Positions 20,257-31,327 are shown, numbered from the stretch's first letter. The stretch is DNA of 64,000 nucleotides from Candidatus Dojkabacteria bacterium (GCA_012513575.1 JAAZBX010000007.1:27931-91930), one strand, 5' to 3'. Program-made: numbers and translations. The notes: generated from the sequence alone by a model not told the origin.

Positions 20257-21549
20257 ATGAAAAACGGAATGAAGCCACAAACATTAAAAGGATTTTATGA
20301 CTACTTCTCTGATGATATGAGAATTCGTAATTTCATAAAAGATTCTTTTAGAGAAATTGCCGAAGAATACGGTTTTGAGCCCTTAGAAACTCCCGCCTTA
20401 GAATATTCAGAATTAATTCTCGGACAGAGTGGGGAAGAGGCAGAGAAACTGTATTACAAATTTAAAGATAATGGGGAAAGGGATGTAATGCTTAAATATG
20501 AACTAATGATTCCAATGTGCAGAGCTGTGGCACAAAATATAAACAGTATTACACTCCCATATAAAAGATACCAAGTACAGAATGTATGGAGAGCTGAGAA
20601 TGTCCAAAGAGGAAGATTAAGAGAATTCACCCAAATGGATGTGGATATTTTGGGTAGTAGCTCCCATTTAGCAGATGCAGAGATAATTCTTTTTGGCATA
20701 TCATTTCTAAAGAAAATTGGATTTGAGAACTTCAGGGTGAGGTTAAATAGTAGAGAAATAATCCAGGGAATTGTCGAAGTTCTTGAGATTGAGGAAAGCA
20801 AGTTTGAGAAAATATATATTTCCATTGATAAGTTAGAAAAGATTGGGAAGGAGAAAGTAAGAGAGATTCTCATTATTGACTCAAATATTGAAAAGGAAAA
20901 GGTAGACAAATTACTTGAGATTATTGAAATAAAAGAGATTGATAAAATAAGTAATATCTTAGAAAACTCAATCGCTGGTAAAAATGGGGTAGAGAATATT
21001 AAAAAAATACTATCGATAATTAATGGAACAGAGAGAGATAAGGTTCTATTTGACCTCTCTTTGGCTAGAGGTTTAACTTCTTACACTGGTGCAGTGTGGG
21101 AGTTTGAAATCATCGAAGGAAATATAGGCTCCGTTAGTGGTGGGGGAAGATATGATAAAGCTGTCAGTAAGTATTTAGGCAGGGAAATCCCAGCAACAGG
21201 GACTTCTTTTGGCCTTGAAAGATTAGCAGAGGTCATTAAGCAGATGGAGATGCTAAAAACGAAAGATAACAAATCAGTACTTATTATCCCAATGGATGAA
21301 AGATCTACTTCTTTTTTACTTTCAACTACAAAAAAACTTAGAAAGAAAAATATTCAAACCAACATTTACCCAGATTTCGTTAAACTCAAAGAATCTTTAA
21401 AATATGCTAACAAGAAAGAATATACTTGGGTGATCATAATTGGAGAAAATGAAACATCCTCTAATACACTTACACTCAGAAATATGCTAACACAAGAGCA
21501 ATTTACACTAACTATTAAAGAGGCTATAAATAAAATACAAAACAAGTAA
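20257..21549 (+). CDS. hisS: Histidine--tRNA ligase
   Basis: WRAENVQRGRLREFTQ, LARGLTSYTG, GGGRYD, FGLER. Confidence 0.96.
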   Translation: MKNGMKPQTLKGFYDYFSDDMRIRNFIKDSFREIAEEYGFEPLETPALEYSELILGQSGEEAEKLYYKFKDNGERDVMLKYELMIPMCRAVAQNINSITLPYKRYQVQNVWRAENVQRGRLREFTQMDVDILGSSSHLADAEIILFGISFLKKIGFENFRVRLNSREIIQGIVEVLEIEESKFEKIYISIDKLEKIGKEKVREILIIDSNIEKEKVDKLLEIIEIKEIDKISNILENSIAGKNGVENIKKILSIINGTERDKVLFDLSLARGLTSYTGAVWEFEIIEGNIGSVSGGGRYDKAVSKYLGREIPATGTSFGLERLAEVIKQMEMLKTKDNKSVLIIPMDERSTSFLLSTTKKLRKKNIQTNIYPDFVKLKESLKYANKKEYTWVIIIGENETSSNTLTLRNMLTQEQFTLTIKEAINKIQNK

Positions 21550-21569
21550 TTAATTCAGCGCCTGAATTG

Positions 21570-22184
21570 ATGAAAGCATATAATGAAAAAAATGTTTTTA
21601 TTTTTTCTAAAGACCTATCACTTATTGAGCAACTCCGAAGAGATCTTTACTCTTTTAATGCTTGTATAAGATTATTCCTTAACAATCGAGAACTGATAGG
21701 AAAACATAGAGTGGAATTAATTATCATTGATCAACGATTTTTTAAAGAATTTGAATATCTTCCAAGGTTTTTTCATACAAAGATTATCTATATTTCTGAA
21801 GACTATTCAAAAAATAATATCGAAAAAATCATAGTGAATAAAGCTGACAATATTCTTTTTACCCCAATCAATTACGCCTTTTTATTATGCTTGATAAGGA
21901 AATATTTAGGCTTGTTAATTACAAAAGAATGTCAAGAATTAGTGTATAGAGGAATTTCCCTTTCAAACAACTCAAAATCTATCACCTATAACAGATGTAA
22001 AGCTTTGTTAACTGATTCTGAATTTGAGACAATGAAATCAATTATGTCAAACAGTATTGATTCAAGAAAATCCTCAGCGGCTCTTCAAGTTACGGTTTGT
22101 CGAATTAATAAAAAAAGTGTTGAGGCAATGGGTCTTCGATTAATAAAAAAAAGAAGGGGACATAATTACACAATTTCTATTTAG
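21570..22184 (+). CDS. Degenerate OmpR-like regulator (receiver-like plus winged-helix-like)
   Basis: ELIIID, ADNILFTP, LTDSEF, LQVTVCRINKK, RGHNY echo OmpR motifs; acidic pocket and Lys not conserved. Confidence 0.5.
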   Translation: MKAYNEKNVFIFSKDLSLIEQLRRDLYSFNACIRLFLNNRELIGKHRVELIIIDQRFFKEFEYLPRFFHTKIIYISEDYSKNNIEKIIVNKADNILFTPINYAFLLCLIRKYLGLLITKECQELVYRGISLSNNSKSITYNRCKALLTDSEFETMKSIMSNSIDSRKSSAALQVTVCRINKKSVEAMGLRLIKKRRGHNYTISI

Positions 22185-24784
22185 ATTTTCTTCTTCCATT
22201 CAACAATTTTCTTCAAAGCTTCAAGAGGAGTTAAATTGTCTGTATCAATCTTCTGAATCTCATTTTCTATAACTGAATTTTTTGCACTGAAAAGTGGATA
22301 TTGTAATGCTGCATTAGAAATAATTCTGTTTTGCTCTTTGGAAGAGAAAGTTCCTTCTCTGATAGTATTTTTTTGAGGAAAAAGAATGTTTTGTTCAAAA
22401 CCTTCTAAAATTTGGTTAGCACGCTTAATAATTTTCTCTGGAAGACCAGCCATTTTCGCTACATAAATACCGTAGCTTCTATCAGTTCCTCCTTCAATTA
22501 TCTTTCTAAGAAAAATAACCTCACCTTTCTCAATATCTTCTTCAACTAACACATTGTAATTTTTTACTTCAGAAGGGAATTTCTCAGCAAGCCTCAAAAG
22601 TTCATGATAGTGTGTTGCAAAAAGAGTTCTAGCCTTAAGTTCCCTGATAATATACTCTGCTAGAGCCCACGCTATACTGACTCCATCATATGTACTTGTA
22701 CCTCTTCCTACTTCATCAAGGACTATTAAGCTGTATTTGGAAGCATTGTTAATAATGTTTGCGGCTTCATCCATTTCGACCATAAAAGTACTTCTTCCTC
22801 GGGACAAATCATCCGACGCTCCAACTCTTGTAAATATTCTATCTACAATTGAGATCTCAGCTTTGTTTGCTGGAACAAAGGATCCTATTTGTGCCATTAA
22901 TACAATTGTTGCAACTTGTCTGATATATGTTGATTTCCCTGCCATATTGGGACCTGTGAGTATACACATATTCCCTTCTTTGGAAGAAAGATCAGTATTG
23001 TTTGAAATAAAACTACTTTTATCAAATGATTCAATTATTGGATGACGACCTTTTTCTATGTGGATTATTCCATCATTTTCCCCCATCTCTGAGATTTCTG
23101 GCTTTACATAATCTAATTGTTTTGCTGTGTAGGCAAAGTTAGACAAAACATCAATATATGATATTTTTTTTGAAAGCTCTTTTATTTTCTCGAGATTGGG
23201 CAATAGAGTCTCTCTAAATTCATTAAATAGTTTTAGCTCCAAAAGAGAAAGCCTCTCATGGGCATTTAGTATTATTTCTTCCTTTTCTTTTAAGTCTTCA
23301 GTAATAAATCTTTCGGAATTAACTAGGGTTTGCTTTCTAATATATCTATCAGGGACTTTACCGTAATGAGACTTGGTCACCTCAATATAATATCCAAAGA
23401 CATTATTGTAACTGACCTTCAAAGAAGAAATTCCTGTTGACTTCCTTTCCTTTTCTTCAAACTCCTTCAGCCAAATCTTGCTGTTCATAGACAGAGATTT
23501 TAGTTCATCAACTTCCTTGCTGTAACCTTCACGAATAATTCCTCCTTCAGAAATAGTATTGGGAGGATTGTCAACAAGAAATTTGGATATCTTATTGACT
23601 AATTCTTTGTAAAATTCATTATCTAATTTACTATACTTAATTTTCAAAGAATTACTAAGCTCATCAAGAATATCTAATGCGTTCTGTAATGAAACTTGTA
23701 ATGCTTTGAGATCTCTAGCATTTACCCTGTTAAGACCAATTTTCCCAACAATTCTTTCTATATCATTAATTCCTTCTAATTTTCCTCTTACCGAATCTAA
23801 TATGTTTTCATTTTGAAAAAATATTTCAACTATCTTTAACCTTTCATCAATTTCCTTCTTTGAGATTAAAGGATTCAATATCCAACCATACAACAATCTT
23901 GTTCCCATACGCGTGTTTGTGTTATTGAGAATAGAGAACAAAGAATTCTCCATAGTTCCCAAATAGTAGTTATTTGTTAATTCAAGGTTTCTTACTGTTG
24001 CCTTATCAAGAATCATTGTCTTCTCCAAAGAGACTTTAATTGGTTTGGATATATGCTTTGGATTCATCATCTGGGTATTAGAAATATAATGAAGAATCAT
24101 AGCAACAGAAATTATTCCCTCAGAATCTCTCTCAAGACCAAGAGAATCAGTTGTATTTATCTCAAAGAAATCTTTTATTATCTCTTCGCAATATTTGATA
24201 TTTTCGAAACGTTTATCAAGAAATTGAACTGGGAAAGCAGAAAGTAGATCATTACTCTGGCCTTCAAGAATTAATATCTCCGAAGGATTATAAGCAGTTA
24301 ATACAGATCTGACATAGTTATCTTCGTAGCCTTCTTTTAACAGTAGAAATTCCCCTGTAGTTATATCAGCAAGTGATGCAACAATTTTCTTCTTTGAAAA
24401 ATAGAAAGCAGCCAGATACGAATTTCTCATAATGCTTGCTTCTTCTCCGTCTACTGTCCCAGGAGTAACAATTCTGGTCACTCCTCTTTTAACAATACCC
24501 TTTGCAAATTTAGGATCTTCAAGTTGATCTACAACTACAACACAATATCCCGCATCAATAAACTTCGGGAGATATTGATCTATAGCTTTATGAGGAAAAC
24601 CAGCTAGTAGTGTAGCATTCTCCTTCTTGTCTCTTTTTGTCAAAGTAATATTTAACACTTTCGAAGCTATTTTTGCATCCTCACCAAATGTTTCAAAAAA
24701 ATCTCCCATCCTGAAAAGGACAATTTTATCAGGATACTGCTTCTTGAAACTTAAGAATTGCTTCATCATTGGAGTATCATTCAT
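22181..24784 (-). CDS. mutS: DNA mismatch repair protein MutS
   Basis: TPMMKQ, FRMGDFFE, GPNMAGKS, STFMVEM, DEVGRGTST, FATHYHEL. Confidence 0.97.
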   Translation of the reverse strand: MNDTPMMKQFLSFKKQYPDKIVLFRMGDFFETFGEDAKIASKVLNITLTKRDKKENATLLAGFPHKAIDQYLPKFIDAGYCVVVVDQLEDPKFAKGIVKRGVTRIVTPGTVDGEEASIMRNSYLAAFYFSKKKIVASLADITTGEFLLLKEGYEDNYVRSVLTAYNPSEILILEGQSNDLLSAFPVQFLDKRFENIKYCEEIIKDFFEINTTDSLGLERDSEGIISVAMILHYISNTQMMNPKHISKPIKVSLEKTMILDKATVRNLELTNNYYLGTMENSLFSILNNTNTRMGTRLLYGWILNPLISKKEIDERLKIVEIFFQNENILDSVRGKLEGINDIERIVGKIGLNRVNARDLKALQVSLQNALDILDELSNSLKIKYSKLDNEFYKELVNKISKFLVDNPPNTISEGGIIREGYSKEVDELKSLSMNSKIWLKEFEEKERKSTGISSLKVSYNNVFGYYIEVTKSHYGKVPDRYIRKQTLVNSERFITEDLKEKEEIILNAHERLSLLELKLFNEFRETLLPNLEKIKELSKKISYIDVLSNFAYTAKQLDYVKPEISEMGENDGIIHIEKGRHPIIESFDKSSFISNNTDLSSKEGNMCILTGPNMAGKSTYIRQVATIVLMAQIGSFVPANKAEISIVDRIFTRVGASDDLSRGRSTFMVEMDEAANIINNASKYSLIVLDEVGRGTSTYDGVSIAWALAEYIIRELKARTLFATHYHELLRLAEKFPSEVKNYNVLVEEDIEKGEVIFLRKIIEGGTDRSYGIYVAKMAGLPEKIIKRANQILEGFEQNILFPQKNTIREGTFSSKEQNRIISNAALQYPLFSAKNSVIENEIQKIDTDNLTPLEALKKIVEWKKKI

Positions 24785-24821
24785 ACCTTGTAGTATACCA
24801 CAGAGAATATTGAAAACTCAG

Positions 24822-27359
24822 CTATTTACCGAGTATTATTTTGCCTTCTTCATCTGCAACAATCCTTCTTGCATCAGAAATGTCCTCAGAAGATACGCAC
24901 ACCCCATACACTCCAGCTTGTACACAGTACTTAAGTAACGGTTTGCTATTTTCAACAATCACAATAACTTTCCCTGTTTTACCTTTGACAGAATAGTTAA
25001 TATTATCCAAAACCTTAAAAATACTAGATCTTGCCAAATCATATTTTGCATCTTTTTCATCAACTTTAAACCCTTGCATCTGTTTTGCAACTCTAGGAGT
25101 ATTTAAAATCACTCCATCAAGATTTGTATTCACAATCTCATCAACAAGAATTATTTCAGAAGGATTATCTAAAATTACATACAAATTGAAAGAAGACATT
25201 CTTCTAAGTTTTTCACTAAGAAGTAATTTTTTTATCTCCCTTACTACATCCTCATTCATAGGAGCATGAACAGCCAAAGAAATATTCCTTTTCTTGTAAA
25301 CATTTCGAAGTTTTCTAATAATTCTAGCAACTCTTTTAAGTAATTCTGGATTGTTTGCATAATGAATTGCACCAAAAGCATCAGAGGAAAGAGACTCATC
25401 TTCATTTTTCTTTCCACCTACCAACCCTCTAAAATCTTTAACTTTTGCAGAACCTATAGAAATGATTACTTCATCACCTTTTACCAAATTAACATATTCA
25501 AGAATGGTGTTACATATTCTTTTAGAGTAATCTACAAACTTCTTATCCTCAACGTATTGAAGAATATGACGACCATCTTCAATCATAATTTTATCCAAAT
25601 CAATATATACAAGACCATTGGAATTACCAACAAAATCAAATAGTTCCTTGGGTTGTTGATCAACCAAAGAGAAAATTTTAGTCGCAGTGTGCGGCAAAGT
25701 AAAATCTTTGGGTGTAGATGAAGTATTATCTCCATCTTCATCAGAGAGCTCTTTTAGGGTAACATCACCACGAGCGTATACGTCTGCAATTGGATGTAAC
25801 TCTTTCTTTATCTCATCAATTAATTTTGAGCTTTTATAAATTGTCCCAGAATTTCCATCAAGTTTAACAATATCCCCATCCTCGAGAAGTGAGGATGCAG
25901 TAGCCGCTCCAACTACTGCTGGTATTTTGAATTCCCTGCAAAGAATTGCTGTGTCACTAGTTAGACCTCCAGTCTCCATAATTATTCCGCCGGAAGAGAG
26001 AATCATTCCTTCCATCTCCGATGAATATCTCTTTATTAAAAGAATATCTCCTTTTGTATATTTTTTTACTACTGGTCCATCAACAATATTTATCTTTCCT
26101 GTAACTGTTCCAAAGCTTGCACCAATACCAGAGATAACAAAATCTTCTCTCTTGGTTTCCGGTTTGTTTAATTCAACATCAAGCTCTTTCTTAGCTTGAA
26201 CTATCAATTCCTCAAGTCTTTTAATTTCTTCATCATTATTTTTCTGAACAATTTTCTTTGCCTCCGTCATTGCAGAGGAAATCATTTGATCTTTGCTTTC
26301 AAACTTTTCAATAAAACCTAGAATTTCTTCTCGGACATTGGACCTAACATTAACAACAAATTCGCTTTGTACTTCAAAATCAAGTGATTTAAATCTAACT
26401 GGCTTGTTTTGCAGTACCCAAAATCTTCCTCCAGACAAAACCCATTCAATATTTTGAGCTTCCCCACTTCTATCTTCAATAACTAAAGAAATTTTTGATA
26501 TCTCCTGTATATCCTTATCTGAAAGTTTCTGTTTATGACTCCAACCTTTTGATATTTTTATCTTCTCAACACCCTGATTCATTTTCTTCACTTGCTTCAT
26601 CGTCCTTACCTTCATCCACTCTTGTGGAGCAATATGTTTCTCAACTGTTGAGAGATCTTTCTTGTTTAATAAATATGTATCCGGAGTCACTTCTCCCAAA
26701 GAAATTACATCTCCCAATCCGTATACAGCCTCAATGTTTAATTTCGTTTTTTCCTGACTAATAGGATCAACGGTGTAAACAATACCCGCAACTTCAGATT
26801 GAACCATCTTCTGTACAACAACAGCCATTTTAACATCGGAGATATCAATGTTCATTCTTTTAGCGTAAGCCACAACATCATCGCTAAACATCGAAGAAAA
26901 AATCCTTTTTATAGAGGGTAATAGCTCATCATACTTCCTAACATTTAGCTCGGTAGAAAAAATTCCAGTGAATGAAACATCTTTATCATTAGGAAAGACT
27001 ACAGAGGATCTTACAGAAACCCAAGCATCAGTAAAACCTGATAATCTAGTATATGCAGAAAGAATCTCCTCCTGTGCTTCCTTATCAAGTATTTCGTTAA
27101 CCATCGTAGATTCAATCTCAAACGCTTCAGGGTTTTTCCCTTTACCAAGCAATTTTTCTTTGTTTCCTTTAAACACTTTCAAAGAATGCTCAACAAAGAC
27201 ATCACTTGATACAACAAAAAATTCTGGGACTGGGACATCCATATCTTTAAGCTTGAAAAGACTTAATCCCTTTCTTCCCACTTTATTTTCATTTAATTCT
27301 TTTGCAGAATAGTCTTCAAAAAAGAATACTTTTGGTTTCTTTGAAGTTTCATTACTCAT
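24822..27359 (-). CDS. PEP synthase/PPDK-like protein with degenerate catalytic motifs
   Basis: VGRKG, VRSS, MAVVVQKMV, GLGD N-domain; swivel domain GGLTSDTAILCRE; divergent C-terminal barrel. Confidence 0.8.
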   Translation of the reverse strand: MSNETSKKPKVFFFEDYSAKELNENKVGRKGLSLFKLKDMDVPVPEFFVVSSDVFVEHSLKVFKGNKEKLLGKGKNPEAFEIESTMVNEILDKEAQEEILSAYTRLSGFTDAWVSVRSSVVFPNDKDVSFTGIFSTELNVRKYDELLPSIKRIFSSMFSDDVVAYAKRMNIDISDVKMAVVVQKMVQSEVAGIVYTVDPISQEKTKLNIEAVYGLGDVISLGEVTPDTYLLNKKDLSTVEKHIAPQEWMKVRTMKQVKKMNQGVEKIKISKGWSHKQKLSDKDIQEISKISLVIEDRSGEAQNIEWVLSGGRFWVLQNKPVRFKSLDFEVQSEFVVNVRSNVREEILGFIEKFESKDQMISSAMTEAKKIVQKNNDEEIKRLEELIVQAKKELDVELNKPETKREDFVISGIGASFGTVTGKINIVDGPVVKKYTKGDILLIKRYSSEMEGMILSSGGIIMETGGLTSDTAILCREFKIPAVVGAATASSLLEDGDIVKLDGNSGTIYKSSKLIDEIKKELHPIADVYARGDVTLKELSDEDGDNTSSTPKDFTLPHTATKIFSLVDQQPKELFDFVGNSNGLVYIDLDKIMIEDGRHILQYVEDKKFVDYSKRICNTILEYVNLVKGDEVIISIGSAKVKDFRGLVGGKKNEDESLSSDAFGAIHYANNPELLKRVARIIRKLRNVYKKRNISLAVHAPMNEDVVREIKKLLLSEKLRRMSSFNLYVILDNPSEIILVDEIVNTNLDGVILNTPRVAKQMQGFKVDEKDAKYDLARSSIFKVLDNINYSVKGKTGKVIVIVENSKPLLKYCVQAGVYGVCVSSEDISDARRIVADEEGKIILGK

Positions 27360-27392
27360 TGTCTCGGGCAGTAAAAAACTTAATTCTAATTC

Positions 27393-28496
27393 TTAATTAA
27401 CAATACCTTTCGCTTCTATTTTTTGCAAGTCTATATAAAATTCATAAAGAATTTTAATTAATACTATTATCGGAACTGCAACAACAGCACCAAGAGGACC
27501 CGCAAGGATAAGCATAATTACCGCTCCGACCATTACATAGAAAGGCTTAACTCCAACAACATTTCCCATTACTTTTGGAATGATAAAATTGTTCTCTATC
27601 TGTTGATAAATAACCATCAAAATTAAAATAATAAATGCATTAATGGGACCCAATGTAATAAGTGATACTATTCCGACAGCAACTCCACCCAAAGTCGCAC
27701 CAATACTTGGAATTGCATCCATCAACCCAACAAATACCGCCAAGGGAATAGCAAAAGGAACTTTAAATAGAGATAGTAAAACCACTGAAATCAGTGTGGC
27801 AATTAGGCTAACTGCACCCTGTCCTAGCACCCATCCTCCCAGCTTATTTTCCACATCAGAAATTAATTGTTTAACTCTTTGCACTCTATCTTTTGAACGA
27901 ATTTTAACAAAAATGACATCAGCCAAAGAATCATGCTCTGAAACTAAATAAATAGAAAGAACTGTAACTGAAAGCAGGGTAGTAAATCCATTGAAGAACC
28001 CACCAAGAGTTGAAGTTATACTTTTGAAATTGTCTGAAGTAGTCAAGGAACTGACCCAATCAGACACAGATTTCTCAACAGAAGCACTATCTATCTTAAA
28101 ACCATTAATATTTAACCCATTTATGGAATTTAATAATTTTGAAATCCAATCAGGTAGCACTTCAAAAAGACCACCTATTTGATTAACAAAAGGAACAAAA
28201 ATAATTGCTAATATTACAAGAAGGAAAATCAAAAGAGAAAAATATGCAAGAAATATTGCAACATTTTTTGACATTTTCTTCTTTAAGAACCAGTTTACAA
28301 TTGGCCTCATTGCACACATTAGTACGAATGAGAACATTAAAAAAAGTAATATCGAAATAAATTGCTTCCCCCAAAACAGAAGAGCTATCGTTGAAACAAT
28401 CAAGATGAGTAGAGTAGGAGATAAATCTATTTGAACTTTTTGAGGCCTATTTGCATCTGGACCATTCTTACTTTCAACAGAATAAATCTTTGGCAT
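27393..28496 (-). CDS. AI-2E/PerM family transporter
   Basis: Multiple TMs; IPSIG, QQIENNFIIPKVMG. Confidence 0.9.
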   Translation of the reverse strand: MPKIYSVESKNGPDANRPQKVQIDLSPTLLILIVSTIALLFWGKQFISILLFLMFSFVLMCAMRPIVNWFLKKKMSKNVAIFLAYFSLLIFLLVILAIIFVPFVNQIGGLFEVLPDWISKLLNSINGLNINGFKIDSASVEKSVSDWVSSLTTSDNFKSITSTLGGFFNGFTTLLSVTVLSIYLVSEHDSLADVIFVKIRSKDRVQRVKQLISDVENKLGGWVLGQGAVSLIATLISVVLLSLFKVPFAIPLAVFVGLMDAIPSIGATLGGVAVGIVSLITLGPINAFIILILMVIYQQIENNFIIPKVMGNVVGVKPFYVMVGAVIMLILAGPLGAVVAVPIIVLIKILYEFYIDLQKIEAKGIVN

Positions 28497-28543
28497 ATAT
28501 ATAGCAATAATTATATTATCCTAAATATGATACCACAATTCCT

Positions 28544-29482
28544 TTACTGTAATCTATTCTTTTTGTAAATAACGATTCCAGAACTTGCAAGGAAAGCTAT
28601 CAAAGCAAGAATGCCAATAATTCCCATTATCTGTCCATCTTTAAGAATGGAAAGGGCTAATTGCAACTCACCTGCAGCAACTGGCAAATCAGAATCAATA
28701 ACGGCATTTCCATTTACAGAGCTATCCTTCGAATAAACAACAGAGACTTTTTCTTCGACTTCTTTACTATTTCCAGCCTCATCTTTAAGGGCAACTGCGA
28801 ATACGTTTGAACCCTCTTCCCTTAAAGAAATATCCTTTAAAACAAATTTCCCATCGTTTCCTACCTCTGCCTCATAAATATCCGTACCTCTTTTGACTAC
28901 AACCTTACTCCCTGGCTCAGCTTCCCCTGATAATGCGAATGTCTCCGTCCCAACTTCTTTTGAATAATTTATCTTTGACAACTCAGGGGCTGTTCTATCA
29001 ACAGATACAATAATTGGATCTGATTTTGGAGTTACTATTTTTTTTAGAAAACCTTTTATTGCTGAGACAGATACTATATATTTACCTTCATCTTCAATTT
29101 TCTGAATGAATTCAAACTTCCCATCTTTACCAATTTTTGCTGTTCCTACAAGTTCGTTGTCAATATATACTTGAGCCTTTTTAAAACCCTCTGCAATTCC
29201 TTTTACAACAATATTCTCACCATTAACAGCAGTCACTGTGTCTGCAATGGAAGGGGAGGATAGGGACTCATCTAGTTGAGGATTCTTGTTATTTTTAAGA
29301 TAGGAAAAAATTCCATAACCGATAAGAAGCAGACCAAACACAATAAAAAGTGTGCCGATAAGTCTCGAGAGAGAACTTTCTCTCTTTTCTCTAATCTCAA
29401 CCTTAGACACCATACTATCCTTGGAAGAATTTGACACTTTTTGATTATTTTTTTTGGCAGAATTAATTTTTTTCTTTGCCAC
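28544..29482 (-). CDS. Surface protein with Ig-like domains and C-terminal LPxxxG-TM-basic tail
   Basis: N-terminal TM; VDRTAP, DEAGN Ig-like signatures; DLPVAAG, TM, KKNR. Confidence 0.65.
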   Translation of the reverse strand: MAKKKINSAKKNNQKVSNSSKDSMVSKVEIREKRESSLSRLIGTLFIVFGLLLIGYGIFSYLKNNKNPQLDESLSSPSIADTVTAVNGENIVVKGIAEGFKKAQVYIDNELVGTAKIGKDGKFEFIQKIEDEGKYIVSVSAIKGFLKKIVTPKSDPIIVSVDRTAPELSKINYSKEVGTETFALSGEAEPGSKVVVKRGTDIYEAEVGNDGKFVLKDISLREEGSNVFAVALKDEAGNSKEVEEKVSVVYSKDSSVNGNAVIDSDLPVAAGELQLALSILKDGQIMGIIGILALIAFLASSGIVIYKKNRLQ

Positions 29483-29583
29483 GTTTGACCCATATTAAAA
29501 TTTATATAGTCGCTTGTTTAGAATAATATAATTTCGTAAATAATGCAACCTTTCTTAAAATTTAGTAGAATAGTAAAGTAATT

Positions 29584-30270
29584 ATGAGCAAATTATTTAA
29601 AATTCTATTAACATTATTCCTTATACTATTGGTATTGACACCAATTTCATATTTTATCGCTTATCCATACATAAATGAGATTGAAATACAATTTGGGAAG
29701 CTAAACTTATATGAAATTTCTAAAAAGACTTACATCTCTTTGCTTACATCGGTATCTCCTTCCCCAGAGAAATACAAAACTGTTGAATTTGAGTCAGACT
29801 CAATAGAAGAATCAATTCAATCCAAAAATATTGTTCTAGATAGCAAACTTTTAGAGGAATTAAATACGACATTAACGATTGATTCCGCACTAATTCATGG
29901 GAGAGTTTTCCAGGGGATTACCTCAAAAACAATGGATTTAGGTTTTTGGCATTTTCCTCTTTCGAAATATCCTGGACAAAAAGGCAATTCAGTTATAATT
30001 GGACATCGTTTTTTTTATCTCCCCCCAGCAAAAAACACCTTTTTTAATTTAGATAGAGTACAAATTGGGGACACAATTATTTTAAATCATAATGAGGGGG
30101 AGTGGAAATATATAGTTACAGAAACTAGAATTGTTAATGACAATGATTTATCTGTTCTCCAAAACACAGAAGATTACCGACTAACCTTAATTACATGTAC
30201 ACCTCTTTGGACTTCAGAAAAAAGGTTAGTTGTCATTTCAAAGCTAGACAAACTATATCAAAAAGTATAG
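29584..30270 (+). CDS. Sortase
   Basis: N-terminal TM; GNSVIIGH, LTLITC, R catalytic triad. Confidence 0.92.
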   Translation: MSKLFKILLTLFLILLVLTPISYFIAYPYINEIEIQFGKLNLYEISKKTYISLLTSVSPSPEKYKTVEFESDSIEESIQSKNIVLDSKLLEELNTTLTIDSALIHGRVFQGITSKTMDLGFWHFPLSKYPGQKGNSVIIGHRFFYLPPAKNTFFNLDRVQIGDTIILNHNEGEWKYIVTETRIVNDNDLSVLQNTEDYRLTLITCTPLWTSEKRLVVISKLDKLYQKV

Positions 30271-30301
30271 AATTAGAAGCATAAATTAACACAAATCTTT
30301 C

Positions 30302-31327
30302 ATGGATGATTTTTACAAAAGAACAGATATTGATAAAAGTACGGTGGAATTAACAATTACAATTCCAAAGGATTCTTTCAACAAAAGCTACAAAGCTATG
30401 TTGGATCAGGAATTAAGCAATACAAAGATAGATGGCTTCAGAAAAGGGAAAGTCCCTTCGAATTTAGTTGAAACAGAACTAGGGACTAGTCTCAAGATAA
30501 AGGTATTTGAAAAATTACTTCCGATGTACCTAACCACAGCCTTACAAAAAGAAAATCTCTCACCCATTGCACCACCTAACTACAAAAATTTCCCCGATTT
30601 AACAAAGGATCAAAACTTGGTCATTTCTGTAGACATTACCATTATGCCCGAATTTAAGCTTGGTAATTTAAAGAAAATTCAAATTATTCAAGAAGATACA
30701 AAAGTTACTGATAAAGAAGTAGAAGAAGCGATATCAAATCTTTTTAAAAATGATAATTTGGGAGAAAAGGAAATAAATGATAAATGGGCGGTTAAAGTTT
30801 CTGAAAAACTTAAAGTAGACGCAATCAAATCTGTAAAAGATTTTAATGGTTTTGTAAAAAAGACAATCGAAAATCAGAAAAAAATTGTTTCAAGAAGAAA
30901 GGCTGAAGATGATGCATTGAATCAAGCTATTAATATTTGTAAAATTGAAATTCCACAAGCCGCTATCCAGTACGAAGCTGAAGAAAGAGAGCATTCATTT
31001 GTGCATGATTTTGGTCATGATCAAAGGAAAATTGATACATTCCTTAAATCCAATAATGTGTCGATGGAGAAAATGAAGGAGCTTTGGCTGAAAGATGCAA
31101 AAGAAGCCCTAGAAACAGATGTATTCCTAAAATTGTTCGCAAGAGAGAAAGAAATTAATGTGACAGATGAAGAGTTAAAAACAAAGATAAAAGAAATTGT
31201 AAATAACTCTCCTAATATTGAAGATAAATCTCTTTTTGAGAATGATGAGTGGAAAGAATATGTGAGAAGAGTAGAGGAGAAAGAAAAAGCATTCAGAGCT
31301 TTTTCTAAAGAGGTTTTAGGAGAATAG
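30302..31327 (+). CDS. tig: Trigger factor lacking most of the PPIase domain
   Basis: GFRKGKVP motif; 341 aa; precedes clpP. Confidence 0.88.
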   Translation: MDDFYKRTDIDKSTVELTITIPKDSFNKSYKAMLDQELSNTKIDGFRKGKVPSNLVETELGTSLKIKVFEKLLPMYLTTALQKENLSPIAPPNYKNFPDLTKDQNLVISVDITIMPEFKLGNLKKIQIIQEDTKVTDKEVEEAISNLFKNDNLGEKEINDKWAVKVSEKLKVDAIKSVKDFNGFVKKTIENQKKIVSRRKAEDDALNQAINICKIEIPQAAIQYEAEEREHSFVHDFGHDQRKIDTFLKSNNVSMEKMKELWLKDAKEALETDVFLKLFAREKEINVTDEELKTKIKEIVNNSPNIEDKSLFENDEWKEYVRRVEEKEKAFRAFSKEVLGE

